The notes beneath the pieces are model-generated. The model saw only the letters and a program-made list of their open reading frames with translations. It searched no databases and had not been told where the DNA came from. Of a stretch of DNA of 64,000 nucleotides, positions 29,026 to 38,447 are shown piece after piece. The position numbers and the translations under genes are program-made. How positions within the stretch are numbered: the first letter of the stretch is position 1; each line of letters starts with the position of its first letter. The DNA is taken from assembly GCA_963598415.1 (NCBI GenBank), contig CAVBUH010000030.1, positions 38,850 through 102,849 on the forward strand. Reading direction: 5' to 3'. The stretch is from Selenomonadaceae bacterium (GTDB lineage Bacteria; Bacillota; Clostridia; Oscillospirales; CAG-272).

Positions 29026-29196
29026 GGCTGTTACGTTAAGCAACAAGCCCGGCATTTTCCCGACTGGGAAAATGCCGAATCGGGTGTTTTTGACTGTATT
29101 TTCTTTGGATTATTATGAATTTAAATGGTCAAAATTGCGGATTTCATCCGCAAAACCCGACTTCGTGGGGCAGTCGCACTAACGTGCGACAGCCCC
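29026..29196 (+). repeat. Repeat family A copy 3
   Basis: See 18518-18687. The terminal hairpin loop is TAAC here and GTTA in copy 1, so the palindrome centre is flipped. Confidence 0.85.
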
Positions 29197-29232
29197 TTCA
29201 GAGCATTTTTGATTTGTCTAAGTGCAAGGTTT

Positions 29233-29355
29233 TTAAGGCAATACCGCCGGATGCACAGCAAACGCCTTTAGCGCATATTCCTGCGTCTTTTCCATCATAC
29301 TTCACAAATTTCGTCGGCGGAGGAGTCGCGCTCCTGCCTCCTAAATTGGTATTAT
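29233..29355 (-). repeat. Repeat family C copy 1 (truncated)
   Basis: Starts with TTAAGGCAATACCGCC and aligns with the reverse complement of 35884-36051 for about 110 nt. Confidence 0.7.
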
Positions 29356-29640
29356 GGTGTTTTGCAGAATACAGGTAAGACCTTATCATAAATCCGGGTT
29401 AAGCTGACTCTTAAAATATACGGTAGAAGGGGTTTCGCATTTCTCATTCCTCGGAAGAAAACCGGGCAGGCGTTTTTAGTTCGGCAAAATTCTTATTATC
29501 AGTATAACTTTTATGATTACGCCTCTTATACGTTAATCGGATTTTCCGGCACAGCCGGCTGAGGAAAGAGCTTTACATCGGATGCGGTATAGGTTTAATG
29601 CTTATTTTTGTTTCTATGATGCGGAATTGTTTCAACAGAA

Positions 29641-29676
29641 AAATAAAAACCGGGCAAGCGCAAGACCCGTTGCCCG
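29641..29676 (-). terminator. acpP terminator
   Basis: On the minus strand, stem CGGGCAA/TTGCCCG is followed by GTTTTTATTTTT. Confidence 0.7.
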
Positions 29677-29722
29677 TATACCGGATAAATTATATTGTAT
29701 TAAAACTCCGGTTAAACTCTAA

Positions 29723-29947
29723 TTACATATTGCTTTCCACATATTCAACGATGTCGCTGACTGTTACGAGTTCCTCGATATCCTCGTCGGGAATGGTAAT
29801 ACCGAAGCTTTCCTCCATTGCCATAAGCATTTCAACAACATCGAGAGAGTCTGCTCCGAGATCCTCCATAATTTTAGTGTGTTCGTCGATGATATCGGTA
29901 TCGATCTGAAGCTGACGCGCAATAATTTCAACAACCTTGTCGTACAT
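29723..29947 (-). CDS. acpP: Acyl carrier protein
   Basis: MYDKVVEIIARQL...DLGADSLDVVEMLMAMEE contains the DSLD phosphopantetheine site. ATG 29947 is preferred over the upstream TTG at 29971. Confidence 0.9.
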   Translation of the reverse strand: MYDKVVEIIARQLQIDTDIIDEHTKIMEDLGADSLDVVEMLMAMEESFGITIPDEDIEELVTVSDIVEYVESNM

Positions 29948-30044
29948 AGTATTTTTTGATTCTTCCGGCAAACGCCGTTCAACCTTTCCCCTGCGACCGT
30001 CTTCCTGACGGCAGGCAATATTTTTTCTTAAATAAACATATAAG

Positions 30045-30072
30045 ATTATATCATATAAAATAAAAAATGCAA
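30045..30072 (-). promoter_or_regulatory. Putative acpP promoter (TTGCAT-16-TATAAT, TGn)
   Basis: The minus strand reads TTGCATTTTTTATTTTATATGATATAAT. Confidence 0.5.
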
Positions 30073-30473
30073 GGGCTTTTTATCTGAAAATAAAATTTTT
30101 TGTTCTTTTTCCTCGTTTGCTTGAAAAATTCGGAGACAGGGATTATTTCCTTTTAAACACGAGAGCTTATGCCAGAGTATAGTAGCTTTATTCTCGGCCG
30201 CCGCTGCATTTGATAGAGATAACCCCTATAGTTTATGATCTTGAGGGAGGAATATTGGAGTAGGACGAGATAGGAATCAACTATATTAATGTCTGCATAA
30301 TAACAAAAAACGGATCCCCCTATTTCAAGAAAGATCTGTTTTTTTGTAATTATTTTAGGATTTTCCTCGTTAATAAGCTTACAACCAGGAAAGAGAGTAT
30401 TCATTGAAACCTTCAGTTCTAAAATGAACCCGACGTGTTGTTTTGAGAAAGCAGATTAGTATCGCTGAATACA

Positions 30474-31496
30474 TTATCCCTGCGATGTAATGCTGTTTAT
30501 GATTTCAGGGATCACATCGGCGTTTTGTTCCGTTGCGGAGGGCCATCCCAAAACGGCAACCCATAAAAGTCTGTTTGAGGGAGCATCGAACTCTATCATG
30601 TATAGATCATATACAAATTTTGAAGTGCCGTAATCTCCCGTATAGGATATGGAATAAATAGTTTTCCCGTTTAGTTTTTCGGTCTGCATTTCATCTTTTA
30701 CAGCAACGTTTTTCTGTGCTTCAAGGAGTAAGCTGTTCTGTTCTTCAAAAAGCTCTTCAGCAGTTGAGGAAATGTCTGATTTTAAATATCCGTAGATATA
30801 GCAGCCGATGCTTTCGTCTTTGGCGTTTGCCTGATAATCAAATTGACTGCTTACTTCTGTCCATTCTTCGGGGATGCTCAGACGGATTCCTATGCTTGGA
30901 ACGGAGATGTCTTTCATCTTTACGGAATCTGTATTCTCGTTCCCCTTTGCGGCTTCTGCCGTCATGCTCTCTGCCATAGAGCGGATCAGCGTGCCATATG
31001 TATTATAATCTCCGGAATTCATGGAAACACAGATATAAGCAAAGCTATCCGAGCTGTCAAATTCAATTATGGCAACATAGTACTCAAAGGTATTTCCGTC
31101 CTTGTCTGCTTGATAAACCGCAGAACAAATGTTTTTACCGTTGAGATTATCTGTTTTCTCGGCAACCGTTACCTTTACATTGTCTCTTTTTGAAAAGAGA
31201 TCGTTTTTTTGATTTTCGAAAATATCTCTTACTGTAGTGCCGTTGCTCAAATTGGCTTTTGAAAATCCGAAAATTCCAAAGTATAATGATTTATTTTTGT
31301 TTGTAAGCTGCAGATCAAAGGACGAGTCGTTTTCTTCAAAATTGTTCGGAGCGGAAATTTTAATACCGTATTCCTCCACTTCGAAGGTTTGAGTAAGCTC
31401 TGCATTGTCATAGACAGCCTTTTCAAAATTACAGGAGAAAAAACCAAAAGAACAGAAGAGTAAAATTGTGAGAAAAAAACTGATAAAACGTTTCAT
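30474..31496 (-). CDS. Secreted/lipoprotein-like hypothetical protein with internal two-domain duplication
   Basis: Signal-like N-terminus (FFLTILLFCSFGFFSC). Two ~150-aa halves share the pattern ...EKxxxLNGKxIxSxxY...FxYxxxxIEFD... Confidence 0.65.
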   Translation of the reverse strand: MKRFISFFLTILLFCSFGFFSCNFEKAVYDNAELTQTFEVEEYGIKISAPNNFEENDSSFDLQLTNKNKSLYFGIFGFSKANLSNGTTVRDIFENQKNDLFSKRDNVKVTVAEKTDNLNGKNICSAVYQADKDGNTFEYYVAIIEFDSSDSFAYICVSMNSGDYNTYGTLIRSMAESMTAEAAKGNENTDSVKMKDISVPSIGIRLSIPEEWTEVSSQFDYQANAKDESIGCYIYGYLKSDISSTAEELFEEQNSLLLEAQKNVAVKDEMQTEKLNGKTIYSISYTGDYGTSKFVYDLYMIEFDAPSNRLLWVAVLGWPSATEQNADVIPEIINSITSQG

Positions 31497-31619
31497 TTAC
31501 GGGATTTTCCTTTTCAAAAAATAGTTTCTTTATTATAACGTTAATCGCAAAATAAGTCAAGAATATGCTGTCATAAATCAGTTGTGCATATCAACGAATT
31601 TTTCTGCTACTGAATTTTG

Positions 31620-31652
31620 AAAAACCGCCGCAGGAGTTGATATCTGCGGCGG
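31620..31652 (-). terminator. glnS terminator
   Basis: On the minus strand, stem CCGCCGCAG/CTGCGGCGG is followed by TTTTTCAAAATT. Confidence 0.7.
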
Positions 31653-31667
31653 CTGTCGGGATTCTGA

Positions 31668-33335
31668 TTATTGCGGTTTATAGCTGTCCTTTAAAGTAAC
31701 GGTTCTTATGAAGGTGTTGGGATGTTTGGAATCGGGAGTGAAATAACCCGTACGGACAAATTGGAAGCGTTCTCCCGGCTTTGCATCGGCAAGAGAGCGT
31801 TCAATCTTACAGTTCTCAAGCTTCTTTACAGAATCTTTATTTAAATAATCGTCGTAGGTTTTATCTTCGGGAATCTCTCCTGTGTTGGCTATTGTAAAAA
31901 GCTTGTCATAAAGCATTACCGTTGCCGATTCGGAGTATTCTGCCGAAAGCCAGTGAATCGTTCCTTTGATTTTTCTGCCGTCAGCGGGATTGCTATTTCT
32001 TGTCTCAATATCCGCCGTACAGCGAAGCTCGGTTATATCTCCCTGACTGTCTCTGACGATTTCGTTCAGCTTTATAATATACGCTCCCATAAGCCGGACT
32101 TCTCCGCCGGGCTTTAAACGGAAGAATTTGGGAGGAGGAACCTCGGCAAAATCCTCTCTGTCGATATAAAGCTCTCTTGTAAAGGGAAGCTCTCTTGTTC
32201 CGGCATTTTCATCGTTGGGATTGTTGCTGACGCTGAAGTATTCGGTTTTGTCCTCGGGATAATTTGTAATCACGACTTTTAAAGGATCAAGCACCGCAAT
32301 ACGGCGCTGCGCGGTCATATTAAGCTCGTCTCTGATACAGTGGTCAAGCAGTTCGATATCGACAATGCTGTATGCCTTTGCAACGCCTGCGCGTCTTACA
32401 AATTCAAAGATGGAGGAAGGAGTGAAGCCGCGGCGGCGCAAGCCGCAGATCGTAGGCATACGCGGATCATCCCACCCGTCCACCAGCTTCTCCTCAACAA
32501 GCTTACGGAGATAACGCTTGCTCATTACGGTATAAGTAACGTTAAGACGGGCAAATTCTCTTTGCTTGGGCTTAGGAGAAAACGAGCCGATATTATCAAC
32601 AACCCACTCATAAAGCGGACGATGGTTTTCAAATTCTATTGAGCACAGAGAATAAGTAATTCCCTCCAGCGCGTCCTGAATCGGATGGGCAAAGTCATAA
32701 AGAGGATAGATACACCACTTATCTCCCTGACGGTGGTGAGCGGTATGAACAATACGGTAGATCGCAGGGTCGCGGAGATTGATATTAGGAGACGCCATGT
32801 CGATCTTGGCGCGGAGAGTGCGGCTTCCGTCGGGAAACTCTCCGTTTTTCATTCGTTCAAAGAGGTCAAGATTTTCTTCAACGCTGCGGTCGCGGTAGGG
32901 GCTGTTTCTTCCTGGTTCGGTAAGAGTGCCTCTGTATTCTCTCATCTCGTCGGCGGAGAGATCGCAAACATAGGCTTTGCCGTCCTTGATCAGCTTTACG
33001 GCATATTCATAGCATTTGTCGAAATAGTCCGAGCCGTAATACACACCTCCGTCTGGGATCGCACCCAGCCAGATGAGATCGCTGTATATCGAATCTACAT
33101 ACTCGGTATCCTCCTTGGCGGGATTGGTATCGTCATAGCGGAGGTTAAACTTTCCTCCGTATTTTTTTGCGGTGGAATAGTTAATATAGATCGCTTTTGC
33201 CGATCCGATATGAAGATATCCGTTAGGCTCCGGAGGAAAGCGCGTGTGGACGGTGGTATTATATCCGGATGCAAGGTCGGCGTCAATGATTTCGTGAATA
33301 AAGTTATTATCGGTTTTGAAATTGTTTTCTTCCAT
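31668..33335 (-). CDS. glnS: Glutamine--tRNA ligase
   Basis: FPPEPNGYLHIGSAKAI (HIGH) and VMSKR (KMSKS). ATG 33335 gives MEENNF.... The ORF-track start at 33353 is an alternative. Confidence 0.93.
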   Translation of the reverse strand: MEENNFKTDNNFIHEIIDADLASGYNTTVHTRFPPEPNGYLHIGSAKAIYINYSTAKKYGGKFNLRYDDTNPAKEDTEYVDSIYSDLIWLGAIPDGGVYYGSDYFDKCYEYAVKLIKDGKAYVCDLSADEMREYRGTLTEPGRNSPYRDRSVEENLDLFERMKNGEFPDGSRTLRAKIDMASPNINLRDPAIYRIVHTAHHRQGDKWCIYPLYDFAHPIQDALEGITYSLCSIEFENHRPLYEWVVDNIGSFSPKPKQREFARLNVTYTVMSKRYLRKLVEEKLVDGWDDPRMPTICGLRRRGFTPSSIFEFVRRAGVAKAYSIVDIELLDHCIRDELNMTAQRRIAVLDPLKVVITNYPEDKTEYFSVSNNPNDENAGTRELPFTRELYIDREDFAEVPPPKFFRLKPGGEVRLMGAYIIKLNEIVRDSQGDITELRCTADIETRNSNPADGRKIKGTIHWLSAEYSESATVMLYDKLFTIANTGEIPEDKTYDDYLNKDSVKKLENCKIERSLADAKPGERFQFVRTGYFTPDSKHPNTFIRTVTLKDSYKPQ

Positions 33336-33378
33336 GGCGAAGGTTCCTTTCATGTGTGCATTGGGGGGACGCGTTTCT

Positions 33379-35058
33379 TTACATCATCGCTTTCATTCTT
33401 TCGACGGTACGTTCCTTGCCGAGAATATGCATGACGGTATACAAATCGGGGGAATTCATCTTTCCTGTGACGGCAATCCGGATAAACATAGAGACGTCGG
33501 CTACGCTTCCCTTGAAGGCGGAGGGATCTGCCTTATACTCTTTCATATCGGCGGCAAAGCCGAGCGAGGCGGAGATTTCCTTTATTTTATTAAACCAGGT
33601 GTTCATATCATCGTTTTCATCATAGGAGGAAAGAAATCCGCTGAGAACGGCAGAGATATCGTCCTTTGAGAAGACTTCGGGGTAGGCGTCGAGGATTTCA
33701 AAGTATTTGTCGTAGAAGAAGCCCATATAAGGCTTGGCGTCGGTCCAGACGGTAAGGTCCTTTCTCGGCTTTTTTCCGCCTCTTCCGATGGAGAGTATCG
33801 ACTTTGCGTAATCGGGATCAGCGGTCAGTACGGCGGAAAATTCGGGATCAAATTCCTCTGCCCAAACGGTTAGACCGCTATAAACCTGTTCTGCTGTCAT
33901 ACGGGAAAGAACATTTTTTGATACATCATTGAGCTTGTTGAAGTCAAACAGACAGCCTGATACTGACATTTTTTTGATATTGAACGGGAAATCGGTATAG
34001 CACTTTTCGGGGTTCTGCATATGCCATTCCTCGTAGTTGGAGTTGAGCAGCGTCATAACATACTCGCAGACTGCTTCCGGACTGTAGCCCATACGGGTAT
34101 AATCGTCCATGTTGGCGCCCATATCGCGCTTGGAGAGCTTCTTTTTATTGCCACTTTCGTCAAGGCGCATAATCTGCGCGATATGCATATATTTCGGAAG
34201 CTTAAAGCCGAGATAGCGGAAAAGCTGAACATGCTTCGGCAGGCTGGGAAGCCACTCTTCTCCTCTTATAACGTGAGTTGTCCCCATGAGGTGATCGTCA
34301 ACCGCGTGCGCGAAATGGTAGGTCGGAATCCCGTCCGATTTGAGAAGTACGAAATCCTCGTCGTTTTCAGGAAATTCAAGCGTGCCTCTTATCAGATCCC
34401 CGACTTTTACGGTGCGTTTTCCATCTCCGTCGGAAAGGATTCTGAGAACGAAAGGATCGCCCTTTTGGAGATGCATTTTGACTTCCTCAATAGTAAAATT
34501 ACGCAGGGCAAGCATTTTTTCCTTTTGCTCCGCAGCGGCTTCTTCGGTCCAAACCTTATTTTTGACCTCGGTCTTTTTATCAATGGCGTTCAGTTCCTCA
34601 AGCTCAGCGTCGGTAGTGAATACGGGATATGCCTTTCCCTCCGCGACAAGCTTTTTTGCGTATACATGGTAGATGGGACCGCGTTCACTCTGCTTGTAAG
34701 GACCGTATGTCCCGTTATCCGTGATTTTCCCGTCATCCCCGATTGAAGCCCCCTCATCGAATTTTATTCCGTAACGGGCAAGCGTGCGGATAAGAGCCTC
34801 TGCAGCGCCGGGAATCTCACGCTTTGCGTCGGTATCTTCAATGCGGAGGTAAAATACGCCGCCGGACTGATGTGCGAGTCGTTCTCCCGTCATGGAGGGG
34901 AAAAGTCCTCCGAAGTGGACAAATCCCGTAGGGCTTGGAGCAAAACGTGTAACCTTTGCCCCCTCCGGCAGCTTTCTTGCCGGATAGCGTTTTTCAAGAT
35001 CATCGGCAGTCTCCTTTGCGTTCGGAAAGAGCAGCTCAGCCAGATAATGATAATCCAT
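33379..35058 (-). CDS. gltX: Glutamate--tRNA ligase (long form)
   Basis: RFAPSPTGFVHFGG, ...KLSKRD and YLRIEDTD. 559 aa. Confidence 0.9.
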   Translation of the reverse strand: MDYHYLAELLFPNAKETADDLEKRYPARKLPEGAKVTRFAPSPTGFVHFGGLFPSMTGERLAHQSGGVFYLRIEDTDAKREIPGAAEALIRTLARYGIKFDEGASIGDDGKITDNGTYGPYKQSERGPIYHVYAKKLVAEGKAYPVFTTDAELEELNAIDKKTEVKNKVWTEEAAAEQKEKMLALRNFTIEEVKMHLQKGDPFVLRILSDGDGKRTVKVGDLIRGTLEFPENDEDFVLLKSDGIPTYHFAHAVDDHLMGTTHVIRGEEWLPSLPKHVQLFRYLGFKLPKYMHIAQIMRLDESGNKKKLSKRDMGANMDDYTRMGYSPEAVCEYVMTLLNSNYEEWHMQNPEKCYTDFPFNIKKMSVSGCLFDFNKLNDVSKNVLSRMTAEQVYSGLTVWAEEFDPEFSAVLTADPDYAKSILSIGRGGKKPRKDLTVWTDAKPYMGFFYDKYFEILDAYPEVFSKDDISAVLSGFLSSYDENDDMNTWFNKIKEISASLGFAADMKEYKADPSAFKGSVADVSMFIRIAVTGKMNSPDLYTVMHILGKERTVERMKAMM

Positions 35059-35079
35059 TTTAAAATCTCGTCCTTTCGG

Positions 35080-35700
35080 TTATTGTAAATACAGGTTGTT
35101 TTCTTTTTCGTATTGCAGATGCGTTGACGCTCCGTGACCGGGAAGTACACGGTAATCGAAATCAAGCGCTTTCAGCTTTTCAAGTGAACTCATCAGCACG
35201 CTGTAATCTCCTCCTGGAAAATCATATCTTCCGATACTTTCTCTAAAAAGGGTATCGCCGCTGATTATGGTGTCCTCTGAAATAAGGCATATTGATCCCG
35301 GTGTATGTCCCGGTGTGTGCATAACTTTGAGGGAGCAGGAGCCGAAGGTCACGGTGTCTCCGTCAGAAAGCAGAATTTCAGCCGGCTTGGGCGGCTTGTC
35401 CTCTCCGGAAAAGCGAAGCATCAAATTCTTTTCGGGATCGCATAATAGGTCGGTGTCATCGCGGTGTATCAAAAGGGGGGCGCCGGTGAGTTCTCTCATA
35501 CTTTCCAGCGCGAGAATATGGTCAAAATGAGCGTGTGTCAGAAGAATTTTTACTATTTTCAGATTCTTGGATACGATAGCGTCTTTCAGTTTTTCAAAAT
35601 CTCCGCCGGGATCGATAACGAGAGCTTCTCGGCTGTTCTCATCGACAGTGAAATAACAGTTGGTTCCCATTGCTCCGACCGTGTATTTATATATTTTCAA
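35080..35700 (-). CDS. MBL-fold metallo-hydrolase (glyoxalase II-like)
   Basis: 206 aa with LLTHAHFDH and HTPGHTPGS motifs. Confidence 0.85.
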   Translation of the reverse strand: MKIYKYTVGAMGTNCYFTVDENSREALVIDPGGDFEKLKDAIVSKNLKIVKILLTHAHFDHILALESMRELTGAPLLIHRDDTDLLCDPEKNLMLRFSGEDKPPKPAEILLSDGDTVTFGSCSLKVMHTPGHTPGSICLISEDTIISGDTLFRESIGRYDFPGGDYSVLMSSLEKLKALDFDYRVLPGHGASTHLQYEKENNLYLQ

Positions 35701-35751
35701 GCTGTGTTTCCTCCCGCGTTCAGATTATTATTTGTGATAAGGTATTGTAAT

Positions 35752-35780
35752 ATTATATCATAAAAATTTTGAATTGTCTA
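35752..35780 (-). promoter_or_regulatory. Putative promoter of the MBL-gltX-glnS unit (TAGACA-17-TATAAT, TGn)
   Basis: The minus strand reads TAGACAATTCAAAATTTTTATGATATAAT. Confidence 0.5.
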
Positions 35781-35846
35781 TACAAAATATGAGGTAAACG
35801 CGGAAATGGTAACACAGATTAATGGTTGTCAATCGGCAATATCAAC

Positions 35847-35875
35847 TTGACAAGAAAAGTAACACAGGGTATAAT
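35847..35875 (+). promoter_or_regulatory. Perfect consensus SigA promoter (TTGACA-17-TATAAT) with no adjacent ORF
   Basis: TTGACA at 35847-35852 and TATAAT at 35870-35875. It points into repeat C2 and about 1.08 kb of ORF-free sequence before rarA. Confidence 0.6.
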
Positions 35876-35883
35876 TATTAAAA

Positions 35884-36051
35884 TTAAGGCAATACCGCAC
35901 AATGATTGTTGTGTAGCTGCGCCGCCGGATTGTTCATCAGACAATCCCGATTGAGGAGGAAAGAGTGACTCCTCTGCCGATGAAATCTGTGAAGTATAAC
36001 GGAATAGATGAAAGCAAAGGCGTTAGCCGTGCCCTACGCGGTATTGCCTTA
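35884..36051 (+). repeat. Repeat family C copy 2 (full length, 15-bp terminal inverted repeat TTAAGGCRATACCGC)
   Basis: TTAAGGCAATACCGCACAATGATTG...CGCGGTATTGCCTTA. About 85-90% identical by eye to 41522-41687. Confidence 0.85.
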
Positions 36052-36230
36052 TCTTTTGAGTTGGTTCCTTTATACTAAGAGGGAAAGCTTCAGGTTATCT
36101 GAGCGAGGGAGAAGGAACAGAGTCTTGCCGTGCCTTTGCATGTAAAGGATAATAAGTGAAAAACGCTGACGGTCTCCTTCCTTTTGAGAATGAAACAGCC
36201 GATTGTAAAAGTTAACGATTTATAATCAAA

Positions 36231-36384
36231 TCTGTTTTTTCAATGGCTTTGCCGACGAAAAACGGGCAAAGCGAGTCCGCGCATCGAGGGGGGCAAAGTT
36301 CCTTGATTTTTGTCGCAGGAGATAAACGTGCGTATTTCCGCCGCACAGCTCTCAATTGTAAAATGTGGTTTTACAATTGGCTGT
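36231..36384 (+). repeat. Repeat family F copy 2
   Basis: See 17836-17978. Contains a perfect 11-bp hairpin CAATTGTAAAA/TTTTACAATTG. Confidence 0.55.
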
Positions 36385-36953
36385 CTGAGGATAAAAGGGA
36401 AAGATGCCCTTGGGAAAATCTGAAAAGGGAAACGCAGGGAAAACGATGAACGTCCAAATCCATTTTTATCTCAAATGAATTTTGTAGAAAAGTTATTTTT
36501 TACTGCCGGCGATTATTTTTCGTTGTAAACCAATTGATGACGGCTATACCGAAAGGGGAAAGAGAAATTCTCAAGCCTTGACCGTTTTGCGGCAGCTTCT
36601 CTAAAATCCGGTGTGATTTTCTGATATGCAAAATTGCCGAATTTTGTTTCTTTCAAGCTTTTCCCGTAAGCATTTCTTGTGTGGGAGAAACTGCGGAATG
36701 AGATTCTCTAAAACCTATTATAAAACTGATAAAAGGGATTTTTTAACTACTGTATTTTTTGAAAAATAACGGATATTTTTCTGATAGGGAGAAATAGGGC
36801 GAAAGGTATATTGAGCTTGTATGAAAGCACCGCTGTTTTATGTCCAAATATCTCCCCAAAAAAGGAAAATGCCTCGTTGTTGTTTCCTTCGGAAATACAG
36901 AAACATTTCATTACTGTTTATGCCGCCGCTTGGGCGGCGGAATGGAGATTAAA

Positions 36954-38186
36954 ATGACAAATATGCCGACAGCAGAGATGATAAGACCAAGAAGCTTTGA
37001 CGATATGGTAGGGCAAACGCATCTTTTCGGCAAAAACGGTACTCTGCGAAAAATATGTGAACAAAATTATTTTCCGAATATGATATTCTACGGTCCGCCC
37101 GGAACCGGAAAAACTACAGCGGCAGGAATTATTGCCGCAGGTTCCGGTATGACTTTACGAAAACTGAATGCGACTACCGCTTCGCTTTCCGATATCAAAG
37201 AAGTGGCTGCGGAAACGTCAACGCTGATCGGAAACGGCGGAATTCTGCTGTATCTTGATGAGATACAGTATTTCAATAAAAAGCAGCAGCAGTCTCTCCT
37301 TGAATATATTGAGGACGGAAGAATCACGCTCATTGCTTCGACAACGGAAAATCCGTATCTTTATGTATACAATGCCATTATTTCACGTTCCGCAGTGTTC
37401 GAATTTAAGCCGGTTGAAGCGGAGGAAATGATACCCGCTTTGAAGCGTGCGCTTCAACTTATGAATTCAAATACCGGCAGAAGCAAGAGCGCTGAAGATG
37501 AAGTTCTGCTCCATATTGCAGGCTGTGCCGCAGGGGACGTAAGGAGAGCGGTAAATCTTCTCGAAAACGCCTATTTTTCTTCCGGAAAAGAGCTTACCAA
37601 AGAGACGGTAAACGGCTTTATTCCATCTGTTATCGGAAACTTTGATAAAAGCGGGACAGTGCATTATGACTTGCTATCGGCGCTCCAGAAGTCGATAAGA
37701 GGCTCTGATCCCGACGCCGCAGCTTTCTATCTTGCCAGGATACTGGAGGGAGGGGACTTGATCGGCGCCTGCCGCAGGCTTCAGGTAATCGCCTGCGAGG
37801 ATATCGGACTTGCCTATCCCGCGGCGGCTCAAATTGTGCTCTCCTGCGTTCAGATGGCGAATAATCTTGGTCTTCCTGAGGCGCGAATTCCTTTATCGGA
37901 GGCAGCCGTGCTGCTTGCTACCGCTCCCAAATCAAACAGCGCCTATCTTGCTTATGCTGCAGCAGCGGAGGATGTTGCCGCCGGACGGGGACAGACTATA
38001 CCTCCCTATATGCGCCCATCGAATCAATACGAGGGATACCAATATCCCCATGATTATGAAAATCATTATGTACCTCAGCAATATCTTCCCGACGATATTA
38101 AAGACAAAAAATATTATTTCTACGGAGAAAACAAGACGGAACAAGCAGCAAAGGTATATTGGGATAAAATAAAAAATAAAAAATAG
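36954..38186 (+). CDS. rarA: Replication-associated recombination protein A (AAA ATPase)
   Basis: MIRPRSFDDMVGQ...FYGPPGTGKTT...LYLDEIQYFNK plus a MgsA C-terminal domain. ATG 36954 follows GGAG by 6 nt. The ORF-track start at 36840 is unlikely. Confidence 0.9.
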   Translation: MTNMPTAEMIRPRSFDDMVGQTHLFGKNGTLRKICEQNYFPNMIFYGPPGTGKTTAAGIIAAGSGMTLRKLNATTASLSDIKEVAAETSTLIGNGGILLYLDEIQYFNKKQQQSLLEYIEDGRITLIASTTENPYLYVYNAIISRSAVFEFKPVEAEEMIPALKRALQLMNSNTGRSKSAEDEVLLHIAGCAAGDVRRAVNLLENAYFSSGKELTKETVNGFIPSVIGNFDKSGTVHYDLLSALQKSIRGSDPDAAAFYLARILEGGDLIGACRRLQVIACEDIGLAYPAAAQIVLSCVQMANNLGLPEARIPLSEAAVLLATAPKSNSAYLAYAAAAEDVAAGRGQTIPPYMRPSNQYEGYQYPHDYENHYVPQQYLPDDIKDKKYYFYGENKTEQAAKVYWDKIKNKK

Positions 38187-38245
38187 GGATATCATGGAAC
38201 AAATCTCTTTGCTCAGCGTCTAAATTGATAAAATTCTTCAGTTTG

Positions 38246-38425
38246 TAAGGCGATACCGCCGGGTGCACAGCTAACGTCTTTATTGCACATTTGCTTGCAT
38301 CTTTTCCGTCAACCTTCACCAATTTCGTCGGTAGGGGACTCGGCTCTTGTCTCCTTAATTTGTATTGTCTGACGAAAAATTCGGCGGCGCAGCTGCACAA
38401 CAATCCTTGTGCGGTATTGCCTTAA
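38246..38425 (-). repeat. Repeat family C copy 3
   Basis: TAAGGCGATACCGCCGGG...GTGCGGTATTGCCTTAA. It ends 11 nt before the RBS of the 38448 gene. Confidence 0.8.
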
Positions 38426-38447
38426 ATTCAATCAAAGGAGTATCGTT

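Noticed and set aside
29115-29389. ORFs inside repeats whose translations look conserved (…TKFVKYDGKDA…, …TKLVKVDGKDA…, …TKLVKYDGIEA… at 29198-29389, 38098-38403, 41540-41806)
   Set aside because: The peptide similarity is a by-product of DNA-level repeat identity (family C). The frames differ in length and start, and some copies are interrupted, so they are not genes.
30153-30404. 83-aa minus-strand ORF between the lipoprotein gene and acpP
   Set aside because: It is AT-rich with no convincing RBS, no motif and an odd composition. It could be a small accessory gene but cannot be supported from sequence alone.
35701-35846. T-box leader upstream of the MBL-gltX-glnS unit
   Set aside because: The space between the putative promoter and the MBL start is only about 50 nt. 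No T-box 14-mer (…GGTGGTACCGCG-like) or specifier-loop structure is present.
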